Virus record (IMG/VR): IMGVR_UViG_2721755710_000002
Origin: a virus
Lineage: Duplodnaviria > Heunggongvirae > Uroviricota > Caudoviricetes
DNA: 44,549 bases
Reading direction: 5' to 3' (one strand)
Shown here: positions 16,893 to 26,384 of the stretch, piece after piece
Numbering within the stretch: position 1 is the stretch's first letter
Layout: the number at the start of each line of letters is the position of its first letter
Translations under genes and position numbers: made by a program
Notes under the pieces: model-generated
Databases searched by the model: none
What the model was told of the DNA's origin: nothing
What the model saw: the letters and a program-made list of their open reading frames with translations, nothing else

Positions 16893-17387
16893 ATGGATCG
16901 AGAGTTAAAAAATCTGACGCTGAATATCAGTCAACTGGCGGCATTGTCAGGTGTACATCGCCAGACTGCTGCGGCAAGGCTGCAAAATCTACCCGTTGCA
17001 GGGGGGCATGAAAGCAACCTCAAGCTTTATCGGGTGGTTGATATTGTGTCGGCATTTCTGGCATTACCACCGCCGGTTGCAGAAGGCGAAATGGACGCGC
17101 ATGAGCGCAAAGCCTGGTATCAGTCTGAACGTGAGCGTCTTAAGTTCGAACAGGAAACGGCACAACTCATTCCGGCCAGTGATGTCAGACGGGAGTTTGC
17201 CATCTGGGCAAAAGCGGTCGTGCAGGTGCTGGAGACATTACCGGATATTCTTGAACGTGACTGCGGTCTGCAGCCTGCCGCTGTGAGCCGTGTTCAGTCC
17301 ATTATTGATGATCTTCGCGATCAGATAGCCCTGCGGGTGACTGAAGCAGGTGCGGATGATGAGGAGGAATTACAGCAGGAGGAGTAA
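16893..17387 (+). CDS. terminase small subunit (Nu1-like)
   Basis: N-terminal HTH-like region (…LNISQLAALSGVHRQTAAARLQ…); first gene after cos, immediately upstream of the large subunit. Confidence 0.7.
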   Translation: MDRELKNLTLNISQLAALSGVHRQTAAARLQNLPVAGGHESNLKLYRVVDIVSAFLALPPPVAEGEMDAHERKAWYQSERERLKFEQETAQLIPASDVRREFAIWAKAVVQVLETLPDILERDCGLQPAAVSRVQSIIDDLRDQIALRVTEAGADDEEELQQEE

Positions 17388-19489
17388 TGCTGAATCAGGA
17401 AACCGCAAAGGCAGCACGAACCGATTCAGGTTATATCCTTCGCGCACCGAGACGAATGCGGGTTGCTGATGCCGTTGCTCAGTATATGCGGGTGCCCATG
17501 GGGGCAGGGAACTCAGTCCCGTGGGATCCGCTGGTGGCACCGTATGTTATTGAGCCTATGAACTGCCTGGCCTCGCGTGAATACGACGCAGTGATATTTG
17601 TTGGCCCGGCACGAACCGGCAAGACTATCGGCCTGATTGACGGCTGGGTGATTTACAACGTGATTTGCGATCCTGCTGATATGCTGATTATTCAGATGAC
17701 GGAGGAAAAAGCCCGCGAACACTCCAAAAAACGACTCGCCAGAACGTTTCGCGTCAGCCCGGAAGTGGTCAGTCGCCTGAGTCCGAACAAAAATGACAAC
17801 AACGTTTATGACAGAACATTCCTTGCTGGTAACTACCTGAAAATCGGCTGGCCGTCAGTCAATATCATGTCCTCATCAGATTATAAATGCGTCGCGCTGA
17901 CGGATTATGATCGTTTTCCGGAAGATATTGATGGCGAGGGGGATGCTTTCTCTCTTGCCTCAAAACGTACCACAACATTTATGTCCAGTGGTATGACGCT
18001 GGTGGAGAGTTCCCCCGGCAGGGATGTGAAGGATGTGAAATGGCGACGGACTTCACCGCATGAGGCTCCACCAACCACGGGGATACTGTCGCTCTATAAC
18101 CGTGGCGATCGCCGTCGCTGGTACTGGCCCTGTCCACACTGTGGTGAGTATTTTCAGCCCTGCGGCGATGTGGTTGCTGGTTTCCGTGATATTGCCGATC
18201 CCGTTCTGGCAAGTGAGGCGGCTTATATTCAGTGTCCTTCCTGTTCAGGACGGATTATGCCTGAACAAAAACGTGAGCTGAACGGACGTGGGGTCTGGTT
18301 GCGGGATGGTGAATCCATCAATGCGGATGGCAGTCGTTATGGTGATCCCCGACGCTCACGTATTGCGTCATTCTGGATGGAGGGGCCGGCAGCTGCTTAC
18401 CAGACACTCTCGCAACTCGTTTACAAACTGCTTACTGCAGAACAGGAATACGAGACAACCGGAAGTGAAGAAACACTCAAGACGGTTATCAATACCGACT
18501 GGGGATTACCTTATCTTCCCCGCGCCAGCATGGAGCAACGAAAAAGTGAACTGCTTGAGCAGCGGGCAGAGCCAGTTCCTTCCCGCAGTGTGCCGGATGG
18601 CGTTAATTTTCTTGTGGCGACAGTGGATGTGCAGGCGGGACGTCATCGCCGTTTTGTGGTTCAGGTAACGGGCTATGGCAGCCGTGGCGAACGCTGGATT
18701 ATTGATCGTTACAACATCACGCAGTCATTGCGCGGTGACTGCGACGGGGAGAGCCAGCGAATTGATCCGGCCAGCTACCCGGAAGACTGGGATGTCCTGC
18801 TGACGGATGTTTTTCATAAAAGCTGGCCGCTGGCCTCCGATCCTTCTCAACAAATGCGACTGATGGCAATGGCGGTGGACTCCGGCGGTGAAGACGGGGT
18901 CACTGATAATGCCTATAAATTCTGGCGTCGTTGCCGTCGTGATGGCCTTGGTAAACGTATTTACCTGTTTAAGGGTGACAGCATCCGGCGCGCAAAACTG
19001 ATCAGCCGTACATTCCCTGATAACACCGGACGAACGGGCCGCCGGGCGCAGGCCGCAGGTGATGTGCCGCTCTGGCTTCTTCAGACGGATGCACTGAAAG
19101 ACCGGGTGAATAACGCGTTATGGCGTGACTCGCCAGGTCCCGGCTATGTGCATTTCCCTGACTGGCTGGGGAGCTGGTTTTACGACGAACTGACGTATGA
19201 AGAGCGGAGCAGTGACGGGAAATGGAGTAAGCCGGGTCGCGGTGCCAACGAAGCTTTTGACCTGATGGTGTATGCCGAGGCTCTGGTCATTCTGCATGGA
19301 TACGAAAAGATCCGCTGGCCGGATGCACCGGAGTGGGCGAGCCGGGAAACCTGGCTGGAGTGTGTCCCGGACAGTATCGAACCGTCACCCTCACCGGAAC
19401 CGGTATCCACGCCTGTTAAAAAACAAAAACGGAAGAAAACAGTAACTGACGATGTTAACCCCTGGCTGACTTCCGGAGGATGGTTATGA
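17387..19489 (+). CDS. terminase large subunit (gpA-like)
   Basis: 700 aa; Walker A-like VGPARTGKT; position after the small subunit. Confidence 0.9.
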   Translation: MLNQETAKAARTDSGYILRAPRRMRVADAVAQYMRVPMGAGNSVPWDPLVAPYVIEPMNCLASREYDAVIFVGPARTGKTIGLIDGWVIYNVICDPADMLIIQMTEEKAREHSKKRLARTFRVSPEVVSRLSPNKNDNNVYDRTFLAGNYLKIGWPSVNIMSSSDYKCVALTDYDRFPEDIDGEGDAFSLASKRTTTFMSSGMTLVESSPGRDVKDVKWRRTSPHEAPPTTGILSLYNRGDRRRWYWPCPHCGEYFQPCGDVVAGFRDIADPVLASEAAYIQCPSCSGRIMPEQKRELNGRGVWLRDGESINADGSRYGDPRRSRIASFWMEGPAAAYQTLSQLVYKLLTAEQEYETTGSEETLKTVINTDWGLPYLPRASMEQRKSELLEQRAEPVPSRSVPDGVNFLVATVDVQAGRHRRFVVQVTGYGSRGERWIIDRYNITQSLRGDCDGESQRIDPASYPEDWDVLLTDVFHKSWPLASDPSQQMRLMAMAVDSGGEDGVTDNAYKFWRRCRRDGLGKRIYLFKGDSIRRAKLISRTFPDNTGRTGRRAQAAGDVPLWLLQTDALKDRVNNALWRDSPGPGYVHFPDWLGSWFYDELTYEERSSDGKWSKPGRGANEAFDLMVYAEALVILHGYEKIRWPDAPEWASRETWLECVPDSIEPSPSPEPVSTPVKKQKRKKTVTDDVNPWLTSGGWL

Positions 19490-19698
19490 ACCAGAATGAT
19501 ATCGAAGCCATGATTCAGCGTTATACGGAAGCTGAAATGGCGGTGCTGGACGGAAAATCCGTCACCTTTAATGGTCAGCAGATGACCATGGAAAACTTAT
19601 CTGAGATCCGACAGGGACGGCAGGAGTGGGAGCGCCGCCTTGCGGCTCTGATTACACGACGACGGGGGCATCCCGGGTACCGGCTGGCGAGGTTCTGA
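19486..19698 (+). CDS. head-tail joining protein (gpW-like)
   Basis: ~70 aa between terminase and portal; ATGA overlap with the terminase stop; GGAGG RBS 6 nt upstream. Confidence 0.6.
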   Translation: MNQNDIEAMIQRYTEAEMAVLDGKSVTFNGQQMTMENLSEIRQGRQEWERRLAALITRRRGHPGYRLARF

Positions 19699-21206
19699 TG
19701 GCAATTCTTGATGATGTGATTGGCGTTTTTTCACCAGGATGGAAAGCGGCAAGGCTGCGTTCCCGGGCGGTGATCCAGGCTTATGAGGCCGTAAAAACGA
19801 CGCGGACACACAAAGCCCGGCGGGAAAACCGAACTGCCGACCAGTTAAGCCAGTACGGGGCCGTGTCGTTACGTGAGCAGGCCCGTTACCTTGATAACAA
19901 CCACGATCTGGTCATTGGTGTATTTGACAAGCTGGAAGAACGGGTGGTGGGGAAAAACGGGATTATTGTCGAGCCACATCCGGTATTACGCAATGGGGCC
20001 ATTGCCCGTGATCTGGCTGCGGAGATTCGCACCCGATGGAGTGAATGGTCTGTCAGCCCGGAAGTCACCGGGCAGTTTACCCGTCCGATGCTGGAACGTC
20101 TGATGCTGCGTACCTGGCTGCGCGATGGTGAGGTGTTTGCCCAGATGGTTTCCGGGCGCATAAACAGCCTGACGCCTTCTGCCGGTGTTCATTTCTGGCT
20201 GGAGGCGCTCGAGCCGGACTTTATTCCCATGACCAGTGATGAGAGCAACAGGCTGAATCAGGGCGTGTTTGTTGATGACTGGGGGCGTCCCGAAAAATAT
20301 CTGGTGTATAAAAGCCGTCCCGTATCCGGACGGCAGATGGAAACCAAAGAAGTGGATGCAGAGCGAATGCTGCATCTTAAATTTGTTCGCCGTCTGCACC
20401 AGATGCGCGGGACGTCTTTATTGTCCGGTGTGCTGATCCGCCTCAGTGCTCTGAAAGAGTATGAAGATTCTGAGCTGACTGCAGCAAGGATCGCCGCTGC
20501 TCTGGGGATGTACATCCGGAAAGGCGACGGGCAGAGCTATGAAGCGGATGGTAATGGCAGCAAGGATAAGGAACGCGAGCTTACCATTCAGCCAGGCATT
20601 ATTTACGATGATCTGAAACCCGGCGAAGAAATCGGAATGGTGAAGTCGGATCGCCCCAATCCTAACCTTGAAACTTTTCGTAATGGTCAGTTGCGTGCCG
20701 TGGCGGCGGGCAGTCGTCTGAGTTTTTCCAGTACAGCGCGCAACTATAACGGCACTTACAGCGCCCAGCGTCAGGAGCTGGTTGAATCCACTGATGGCTA
20801 CCTGATCCTGCAGGACTGGTTTATTGGTGCCGTCACCCGTCCGATGTATCGTGCCTGGCTGAAACAGGCTGTGGCATCCGGTGTTATCAGGCTACCCCGC
20901 GATCTTGACCGTTCTTCACTGTATACCGCGGTGTATTCCGGACCGGTGATGCCGTGGATTGACCCTGTTAAGGAGGCTGAGGCCTGGAAAATCCAGATTC
21001 GTGGTGGAGCGGCGACAGAATCAGACTGGGTACGTGCTGGTGGTCGTAATCCGGATGATGTCAAACGTCGGCGCAAGGCCGAAATTGATGAAAACCGCAA
21101 ACTGGATCTGGTATTTGATACCGATCCGGCCAGTGATAAAGGAGGCAGCAGTGCCGCAACGAAACGACAGGAGCCGCAGCACACCGACGACCAGTCCGAA
21201 GAATAA
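19698..21206 (+). CDS. portal protein (gpB-like)
   Basis: 503 aa from the ATG overlapping the gpW stop (TGATG); position and size typical of a lambda-like portal. Confidence 0.8.
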   Translation: MAILDDVIGVFSPGWKAARLRSRAVIQAYEAVKTTRTHKARRENRTADQLSQYGAVSLREQARYLDNNHDLVIGVFDKLEERVVGKNGIIVEPHPVLRNGAIARDLAAEIRTRWSEWSVSPEVTGQFTRPMLERLMLRTWLRDGEVFAQMVSGRINSLTPSAGVHFWLEALEPDFIPMTSDESNRLNQGVFVDDWGRPEKYLVYKSRPVSGRQMETKEVDAERMLHLKFVRRLHQMRGTSLLSGVLIRLSALKEYEDSELTAARIAAALGMYIRKGDGQSYEADGNGSKDKERELTIQPGIIYDDLKPGEEIGMVKSDRPNPNLETFRNGQLRAVAAGSRLSFSSTARNYNGTYSAQRQELVESTDGYLILQDWFIGAVTRPMYRAWLKQAVASGVIRLPRDLDRSSLYTAVYSGPVMPWIDPVKEAEAWKIQIRGGAATESDWVRAGGRNPDDVKRRRKAEIDENRKLDLVFDTDPASDKGGSSAATKRQEPQHTDDQSEE

Positions 21207-23178
21207 TTCCTGGTTCAGGATGCAGGCTGGTCACCAGAGTGACGCGGATATTTATATTTATGACGAGATTGGTTTCTGGGGTGTTACAGCGAAGCAGTTT
21301 ATCAGTGATCTGAATGCACTGGGCGATATCACCCACATTAATCTCCATATTAATTCACCGGGTGGCGATGTCTTTGAAGGCATCGCCATTTTTAATGCGC
21401 TGAAAACACATGGTGCGTCCATTACCGTTTATGTCGACGGTGTGGCGGCGTCAATGGCGTCGGTCATTGCGATGGTGGGAAACCCGGTCATTATGCCGGA
21501 AAACACCTTCATGATGATTCATAAACCATTTGGCTTTACGGGCGGTGATGCGGAGGACATGCGCACCTATGCCGACCTGCTCGATAAAGTTGAGGCGGTT
21601 CTGTTACCCGCTTATGCACAGAAAACCGGGAAAACCACCGATGAAATTGCTGCCATGCTGGCGGATGAGACCTGGATGTCCGGTGCCGAATGTCTGGCAC
21701 ATGGATTTGCTGATCAGGTAACGCCAGCCGTTAAGGCAATGGCATGTATTCAGTCAAAACGTACAGAGGAATTTAAAAAGATGCCGGAATCCATTCGAAA
21801 CATGATTACTCCGCCACGCAACAGTGCTCCACGCGTACAGGATGATGAACCTGCAGCCTCCCGGACGCCAGTGCAGGCAGCAGCACCCGTGGTGGATGAA
21901 AACAGTATCCGTGCGCAGGTCCTGGCAGAGCAAAAAGCGCGTGTAAACGGTATTAATGATCTGTTTGCCATGTTTGGCGGGCGTTATCAGACGCTGCAGG
22001 CCCAGTGTCTTGCCGATCCTGAATGTTCGCTGGAGCAGGCCCGCGAAAAGCTGTTGAACGAGATGGGGCGCGAGTCCACGCCATCCAATAAAAATACCCC
22101 GGCTCATATTTATGCCGGTAACGGTAATTTTGTGGGGGACGGGATCCGCCAGGCGCTGATGGCGCGTGCCGGATTTGAAAAAACCGAACGTGATAATGTC
22201 TACAACGGGATGACCCTGCGTGAATATGCCCGTATGTCACTGACTGAACGGGGTATTGGGGTTTCCGGTTATAACCCGATGCAGATGGTCGGTGCGGCGT
22301 TCACACACAGTACGTCTGACTTCGGTAATATTCTGCTGGATGTTGCGAACAAAGCCATTCTGCAGGGCTGGGAAGATGCCCCTGAAACCTATGAACAGTG
22401 GACGCGGAAAGGTCAGTTGTCTGATTTTAAAATTGCCCATCGTGTGGGTATGGGGGGCTTCAGTGCTCTGCGTCAGGTGCGTGAAGGGGCGGAATATAAA
22501 TACGTCACCACCGGAGATAAACAGGCCACTATTGCACTGGCGACCTATGGCGAGCTGTTCAGTATCACCCGTCAGGCCATTATCAATGATGATCTGAATA
22601 TGCTGACCGATGTCCCGATGAAGCTGGGCCGTGCGGCGAAATCCACTATTGCCGATCTGGTTTATGCCATTCTGACGTCTAACCCGAAAATCTCCACAGA
22701 TAATGTAAGTCTGTTCGATAAAGCGAAACATGCAAACGTACTGGAGAGCGCTGCAATGGACGTGGCATCGCTGGATAAAGCCCGCCAGTTGATGCGCGTT
22801 CAGAAAGAGGGGGAGCGTCATCTGAATATTCGTCCTGCGTTCGTACTGGTACCGACGGCGATGGAGTCTGTTGCTAACCAGGTCATTCGCTCCTCAAGTG
22901 TCAAGGGGGCTGACATTAACGCCGGTATTATTAACCCGGTGAAAGATTTTGCGACCGTTATTGCAGAGCCTCGTCTTGATGATAACAGCCAGACCACCTT
23001 CTACCTGGCTGCGTCAAAAGGCTCCGATACGATTGAAGTGGCTTATCTCAACGGTGTGGATACGCCATATATTGATCAGATGGAGGGCTTCAGTGTGGAT
23101 GGCGTGACAACGAAAGTGCGTATTGACGCCGGTGTCGCGCCAGTTGATCACCGCGGTCTGGTGAAATGTACGGCGTAA
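21151..23178 (+). CDS. prohead protease (ClpP-like) fused to major capsid protein
   Basis: N-terminal ClpP/S14-like region (…IYIYDEIGFWG… / …INSPGGDVFEGIAIFNALK…) continuous with a ~400-aa capsid-like C-terminal region. Start taken as GTG at 21151 after AAAGGAGG; ATG at 21220 is the alternative. Confidence 0.65.
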   Translation: MPQRNDRSRSTPTTSPKNNSWFRMQAGHQSDADIYIYDEIGFWGVTAKQFISDLNALGDITHINLHINSPGGDVFEGIAIFNALKTHGASITVYVDGVAASMASVIAMVGNPVIMPENTFMMIHKPFGFTGGDAEDMRTYADLLDKVEAVLLPAYAQKTGKTTDEIAAMLADETWMSGAECLAHGFADQVTPAVKAMACIQSKRTEEFKKMPESIRNMITPPRNSAPRVQDDEPAASRTPVQAAAPVVDENSIRAQVLAEQKARVNGINDLFAMFGGRYQTLQAQCLADPECSLEQAREKLLNEMGRESTPSNKNTPAHIYAGNGNFVGDGIRQALMARAGFEKTERDNVYNGMTLREYARMSLTERGIGVSGYNPMQMVGAAFTHSTSDFGNILLDVANKAILQGWEDAPETYEQWTRKGQLSDFKIAHRVGMGGFSALRQVREGAEYKYVTTGDKQATIALATYGELFSITRQAIINDDLNMLTDVPMKLGRAAKSTIADLVYAILTSNPKISTDNVSLFDKAKHANVLESAAMDVASLDKARQLMRVQKEGERHLNIRPAFVLVPTAMESVANQVIRSSSVKGADINAGIINPVKDFATVIAEPRLDDNSQTTFYLAASKGSDTIEVAYLNGVDTPYIDQMEGFSVDGVTTKVRIDAGVAPVDHRGLVKCTA

Positions 23179-23264
23179 ACGTCGCAGACAACAACTCTGA
23201 TGGCCCGTAAGGGCTTTTTTTGTACCTGAAATCAGCCCCTGAACGGGGCTGTGCGGAGACAGTT

Positions 23265-23588
23265 ATGGCAAAGAATTTTGTAGAAGAAGGAAAAACGGTG
23301 GCGATTGTTGCCAGTGCAGCCATCAGCAGCGGAGATCTGGTGCAGGTGGGTGATGTTTTTGCGGTGGCGCTGACCGATATTCCACAGGGTGAAACAGGCG
23401 ACGGCATGACCGAAGGTGTGTTTATGCTGCCTAAGCTGAAAACGGATGACATGAAAACGGGTAAGAAGGTTTATCTGAAGTCCGGAAAAGTTCAGCTGAC
23501 TAACAGCGGCTCTGATCCGCTGGTCGGGGTTGTCTGGGCAGATGCCGGAACCAATGCAGAAGAAGTGCCGGTAAAACTCAATGTCTGA
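23265..23588 (+). CDS. small head-associated protein (DUF2190-like, possible decoration protein)
   Basis: 107 aa directly after the capsid gene; start at the ATG preceded by GGAGA. Confidence 0.45.
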   Translation: MAKNFVEEGKTVAIVASAAISSGDLVQVGDVFAVALTDIPQGETGDGMTEGVFMLPKLKTDDMKTGKKVYLKSGKVQLTNSGSDPLVGVVWADAGTNAEEVPVKLNV

Positions 23589-23856
23589 TCCCTTTTCCCG
23601 GCTGGCAGCGCGTATGGATGCGATCACGGTCAGAAAGATGGGAAAGACAGCCTCGATTAATGATGCCGATATGACTGTGATCCCGGGAGAAACACTGGCA
23701 GAGCTGAATGCTCTGTCCGGACCTGCGGTCTCTCTGGTGGTGTTTTCTTCGGGATACCGCCCACGGCGCGGGGATCGCGTTGTTTATGACGGACAACAAT
23801 GGACGGTCACACGGCATGAACGTTTTAACGGTAAGCCAATGATCTTTATTGAGTAA
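23581..23856 (+). CDS. head-tail connector protein (FII-like)
   Basis: 91 aa; …RRGDRVVYDGQQWTV… is reminiscent of the lambda FII C-terminal region (recalled); position between head and tail genes. Confidence 0.45.
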   Translation: MSDPFSRLAARMDAITVRKMGKTASINDADMTVIPGETLAELNALSGPAVSLVVFSSGYRPRRGDRVVYDGQQWTVTRHERFNGKPMIFIE

Positions 23857-23867
23857 AGAGGTGTGGG

Positions 23868-24446
23868 ATGAAGGGGCTTGAGAATGCCATCCGTAATCTG
23901 AACAGCCTTGATACCCGTATGGTGCCACAGGCCAGCGCATGGGCGATAAACCGTGTGGCACAGAAAGCGGTCTCGGTCGCCACCCGGCAGGTTGCCGGGA
24001 ATACCGTTGCGGGAGATAACCAGGTGAAAGGGATCCCCCTGAAACTGGTACGTCAGCGTGTCCGGGTGTTTAAAGCCAGTCCGTCAGGAAAAATGACGGC
24101 CAGGATCCGCGTTAACCGGGGCAATCTGCCCGCTATTAAGCTGGGGACAGCCCGGGTCAGACTGGCCCGGCGTGGTGGAAAACTGCAGTACCGTGGCAGT
24201 GTGCTGAAGGTGGGTAAATATCTTTTCCGGGATGCGTTTATTCAGCAACTGGCGAATGGTCGTTGGCATGTGATGCGGCGTATTGATGGCAAAAATCGTT
24301 ACCCCATTGATGTGGTGAAAATCCCGCTGTCCGGACCGCTGACACAGGCATTTGAAGATGCCCGCGACCGCATCATTGCTGCGGAAATGCCGAAACAGCT
24401 GGGGTATGCACTGAAACAACAACTGAGGTTATGGCTGACCCGATGA
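23868..24446 (+). CDS. minor tail protein Z-like
   Basis: 192 aa (same length as lambda Z) at the start of the tail module. Confidence 0.6.
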   Translation: MKGLENAIRNLNSLDTRMVPQASAWAINRVAQKAVSVATRQVAGNTVAGDNQVKGIPLKLVRQRVRVFKASPSGKMTARIRVNRGNLPAIKLGTARVRLARRGGKLQYRGSVLKVGKYLFRDAFIQQLANGRWHVMRRIDGKNRYPIDVVKIPLSGPLTQAFEDARDRIIAAEMPKQLGYALKQQLRLWLTR

Positions 24447-24844
24447 ACCGACATACACAAATCCGCCAGGCCGTACTGGCACGCCTTCGGGAACAGTGTG
24501 GAGACAGCGCCACGTTTTTTGACGGGCTTCCGGCATTTATTGATGCGCAGGAACTGCCTGCCGTGGCGGTGTGGCTGAGTGATGCTCAGTACACCGGAAA
24601 AATGACGGATGAAGATGACTGGCAGGCTGTTCTGCATATTGCTGTCTTCATCCGGGCACAGGCACCGGATTCAGAGCTGGATATGTGGATGGAGAGCACC
24701 ATTTTCCCGGCTCTGAATGATATACCGGCACTTTCCGGACTCATCGACACCCTGATCCCTCTCGGTTTTAACTATCAACGTGATAATGAGATGGCCACCT
24801 GGGCGATGGCGGAAATCACGTACCAGATCACGTACACGAATTAA
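24431..24844 (+). CDS. minor tail protein U-like (tail terminator)
   Basis: 137 aa, immediately upstream of the major tail protein gene. Confidence 0.6.
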   Translation: MADPMNRHTQIRQAVLARLREQCGDSATFFDGLPAFIDAQELPAVAVWLSDAQYTGKMTDEDDWQAVLHIAVFIRAQAPDSELDMWMESTIFPALNDIPALSGLIDTLIPLGFNYQRDNEMATWAMAEITYQITYTN

Positions 24845-24855
24845 AGGAGGTGGCA

Positions 24856-25599
24856 ATGACCACACCAAATCCACTGGCAAAAACGAAAGGTGCGGGAACG
24901 ACGTTCTGGATGTACACCGGCAAGGGCGATGCGTTTGCGAACCCTTTATCAGACACTGACTGGCTGCGTCTTGCGATGGTGAAGGATCTGCAACCTGGCG
25001 AAATGACCGCTGATGCAGAAGATGACACTTATCTCGATGATGAAGATGCAGACTGGAAAACGACAACCCAGGGGCAGAAATCCGTCGGTGATACTTCGGC
25101 GACGCTGGCCTGGCGTCCGGGTGACAGCGGGCAGAAAAAACTGGTTCAGTTGTTCGACTCCGGTGAAGTCTGCGCGTTTCGTATCAAATATCCCAACGGC
25201 ACTGTTGATGTTTTCCGTGGCTGGCTGAGCTCACTGGGTAAAACCATTGCCTCAAAAGACGTGATGACCCGCACAGTGAAAATCAGCGGTGTGGGGCGTC
25301 CGTATCTGGCAGAGGAAGGCACTGAAACAGTGAGCGTTACCGGGCTGACGGTGGCACCGGCATCTGCCAGTGTAAAAGTGGGAGCAACCACCACGCTGAC
25401 CTTTACAGTAAAACCTGACGGAGCCAGTGACAAAGCGATCAGTGTGCATTCGACAGATCCACAGACTGCCACGGTGACCCTGAACGGGCTTGTGGCCACG
25501 GTGAAAGGCGTGAAGCAGGGCAGTGTCAGCATTGTGGGTATGACTTCTGACGGCGATTTTGTGGCCGTGGCTGCGGTGGCTGTCAGCGCCGCAGGTTAA
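24856..25599 (+). CDS. major tail protein V with C-terminal Ig-like (Big_2) domain
   Basis: ~247 aa; AGGAGG RBS 5 nt upstream of the ATG at 24856; C-terminal Thr/Val-rich Ig-like segment. Confidence 0.8.
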   Translation: MTTPNPLAKTKGAGTTFWMYTGKGDAFANPLSDTDWLRLAMVKDLQPGEMTADAEDDTYLDDEDADWKTTTQGQKSVGDTSATLAWRPGDSGQKKLVQLFDSGEVCAFRIKYPNGTVDVFRGWLSSLGKTIASKDVMTRTVKISGVGRPYLAEEGTETVSVTGLTVAPASASVKVGATTTLTFTVKPDGASDKAISVHSTDPQTATVTLNGLVATVKGVKQGSVSIVGMTSDGDFVAVAAVAVSAAG

Positions 25600-25656
25600 C
25601 AGGACGATACTCATCATTTGCCCCGGTTATCCGGGGCTTTTTTGCAGGTGGAGAAC

Positions 25657-26046
25657 ATGATGTTTCTGAAACAGGGCTCGTTTAATTATGAAAAGCAGTC
25701 CGTGGTGCTCAGTGAGCTGTCCGGGCTGCAGAGAATTGAATATCTGGCGTTTGTTCAGCAGCGAACGGCAAAGTTTGATGCCGAAGAGGGAGAACTGCCG
25801 GAGGCTGAACGACAGATTGCTTTTCTGCGGATGGGGATGGATATCAATGCCTGGCTGGTTTCCCGCTCACTGTGGAATGCGGAACAGTCTCAGGATGTTG
25901 AGACGCTTTGCGCATCCGTTATTACAACATGGTCGTATGATGCCCTGGGAGCGGGGGCGGAGATGGTTCTGTCGCTGAGCGGTATGGGAGCCATTGAGAA
26001 TGCCGGGGATTTGGAGCATGAGGTGCTGACGCCGGAAAAGTCCTGA
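25657..26046 (+). CDS. tail assembly chaperone G
   Basis: Acidic ~129-aa protein before the tape measure gene; its -1 frame is open across its 3' end and continues into T. Confidence 0.7.
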   Translation: MMFLKQGSFNYEKQSVVLSELSGLQRIEYLAFVQQRTAKFDAEEGELPEAERQIAFLRMGMDINAWLVSRSLWNAEQSQDVETLCASVITTWSYDALGAGAEMVLSLSGMGAIENAGDLEHEVLTPEKS

Positions 26047-26384
26047 CGCGGGAAATGCAGTTTGTCATGCGGCTTGCCCGGGAGTTCCGGCGGGCAGACT
26101 GGCGGCGGATGCTGTCGGAAATGTCGGCCACTGAGCTTGGTGAATGGGGCGATTATTTCCGGATGCAGAGCTTCAGTGATGTGTGGATGGATGCGCAGTT
26201 TGCCTCGCTGAAGGCATTGATCGTGAGAATGGTGTCCGGTAGCAGTGATGCTGCGGTGGCTGATTTCAGCCTTTTACCGGAAGAGAACGGGATACCGGAG
26301 CGAACGGACGAAGAACTGATGCATCTTGGGGAAGGTATTTCCGGAGGTGTGCGTTATGGACCAGATAGCCAACCTGGTCATTGA
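26022..26384 (+). CDS. tail assembly chaperone T region (expressed as a G-T fusion by -1 frameshift)
   Basis: The frame of ORF 26055..26384 is open from 26022 and is -1 relative to G; candidate slip site CCGGAAAAG at 26032..26040. Confidence 0.6.
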   Translation, partial: GADAGKVLTREMQFVMRLAREFRRADWRRMLSEMSATELGEWGDYFRMQSFSDVWMDAQFASLKALIVRMVSGSSDAAVADFSLLPEENGIPERTDEELMHLGEGISGGVRYGPDSQPGH

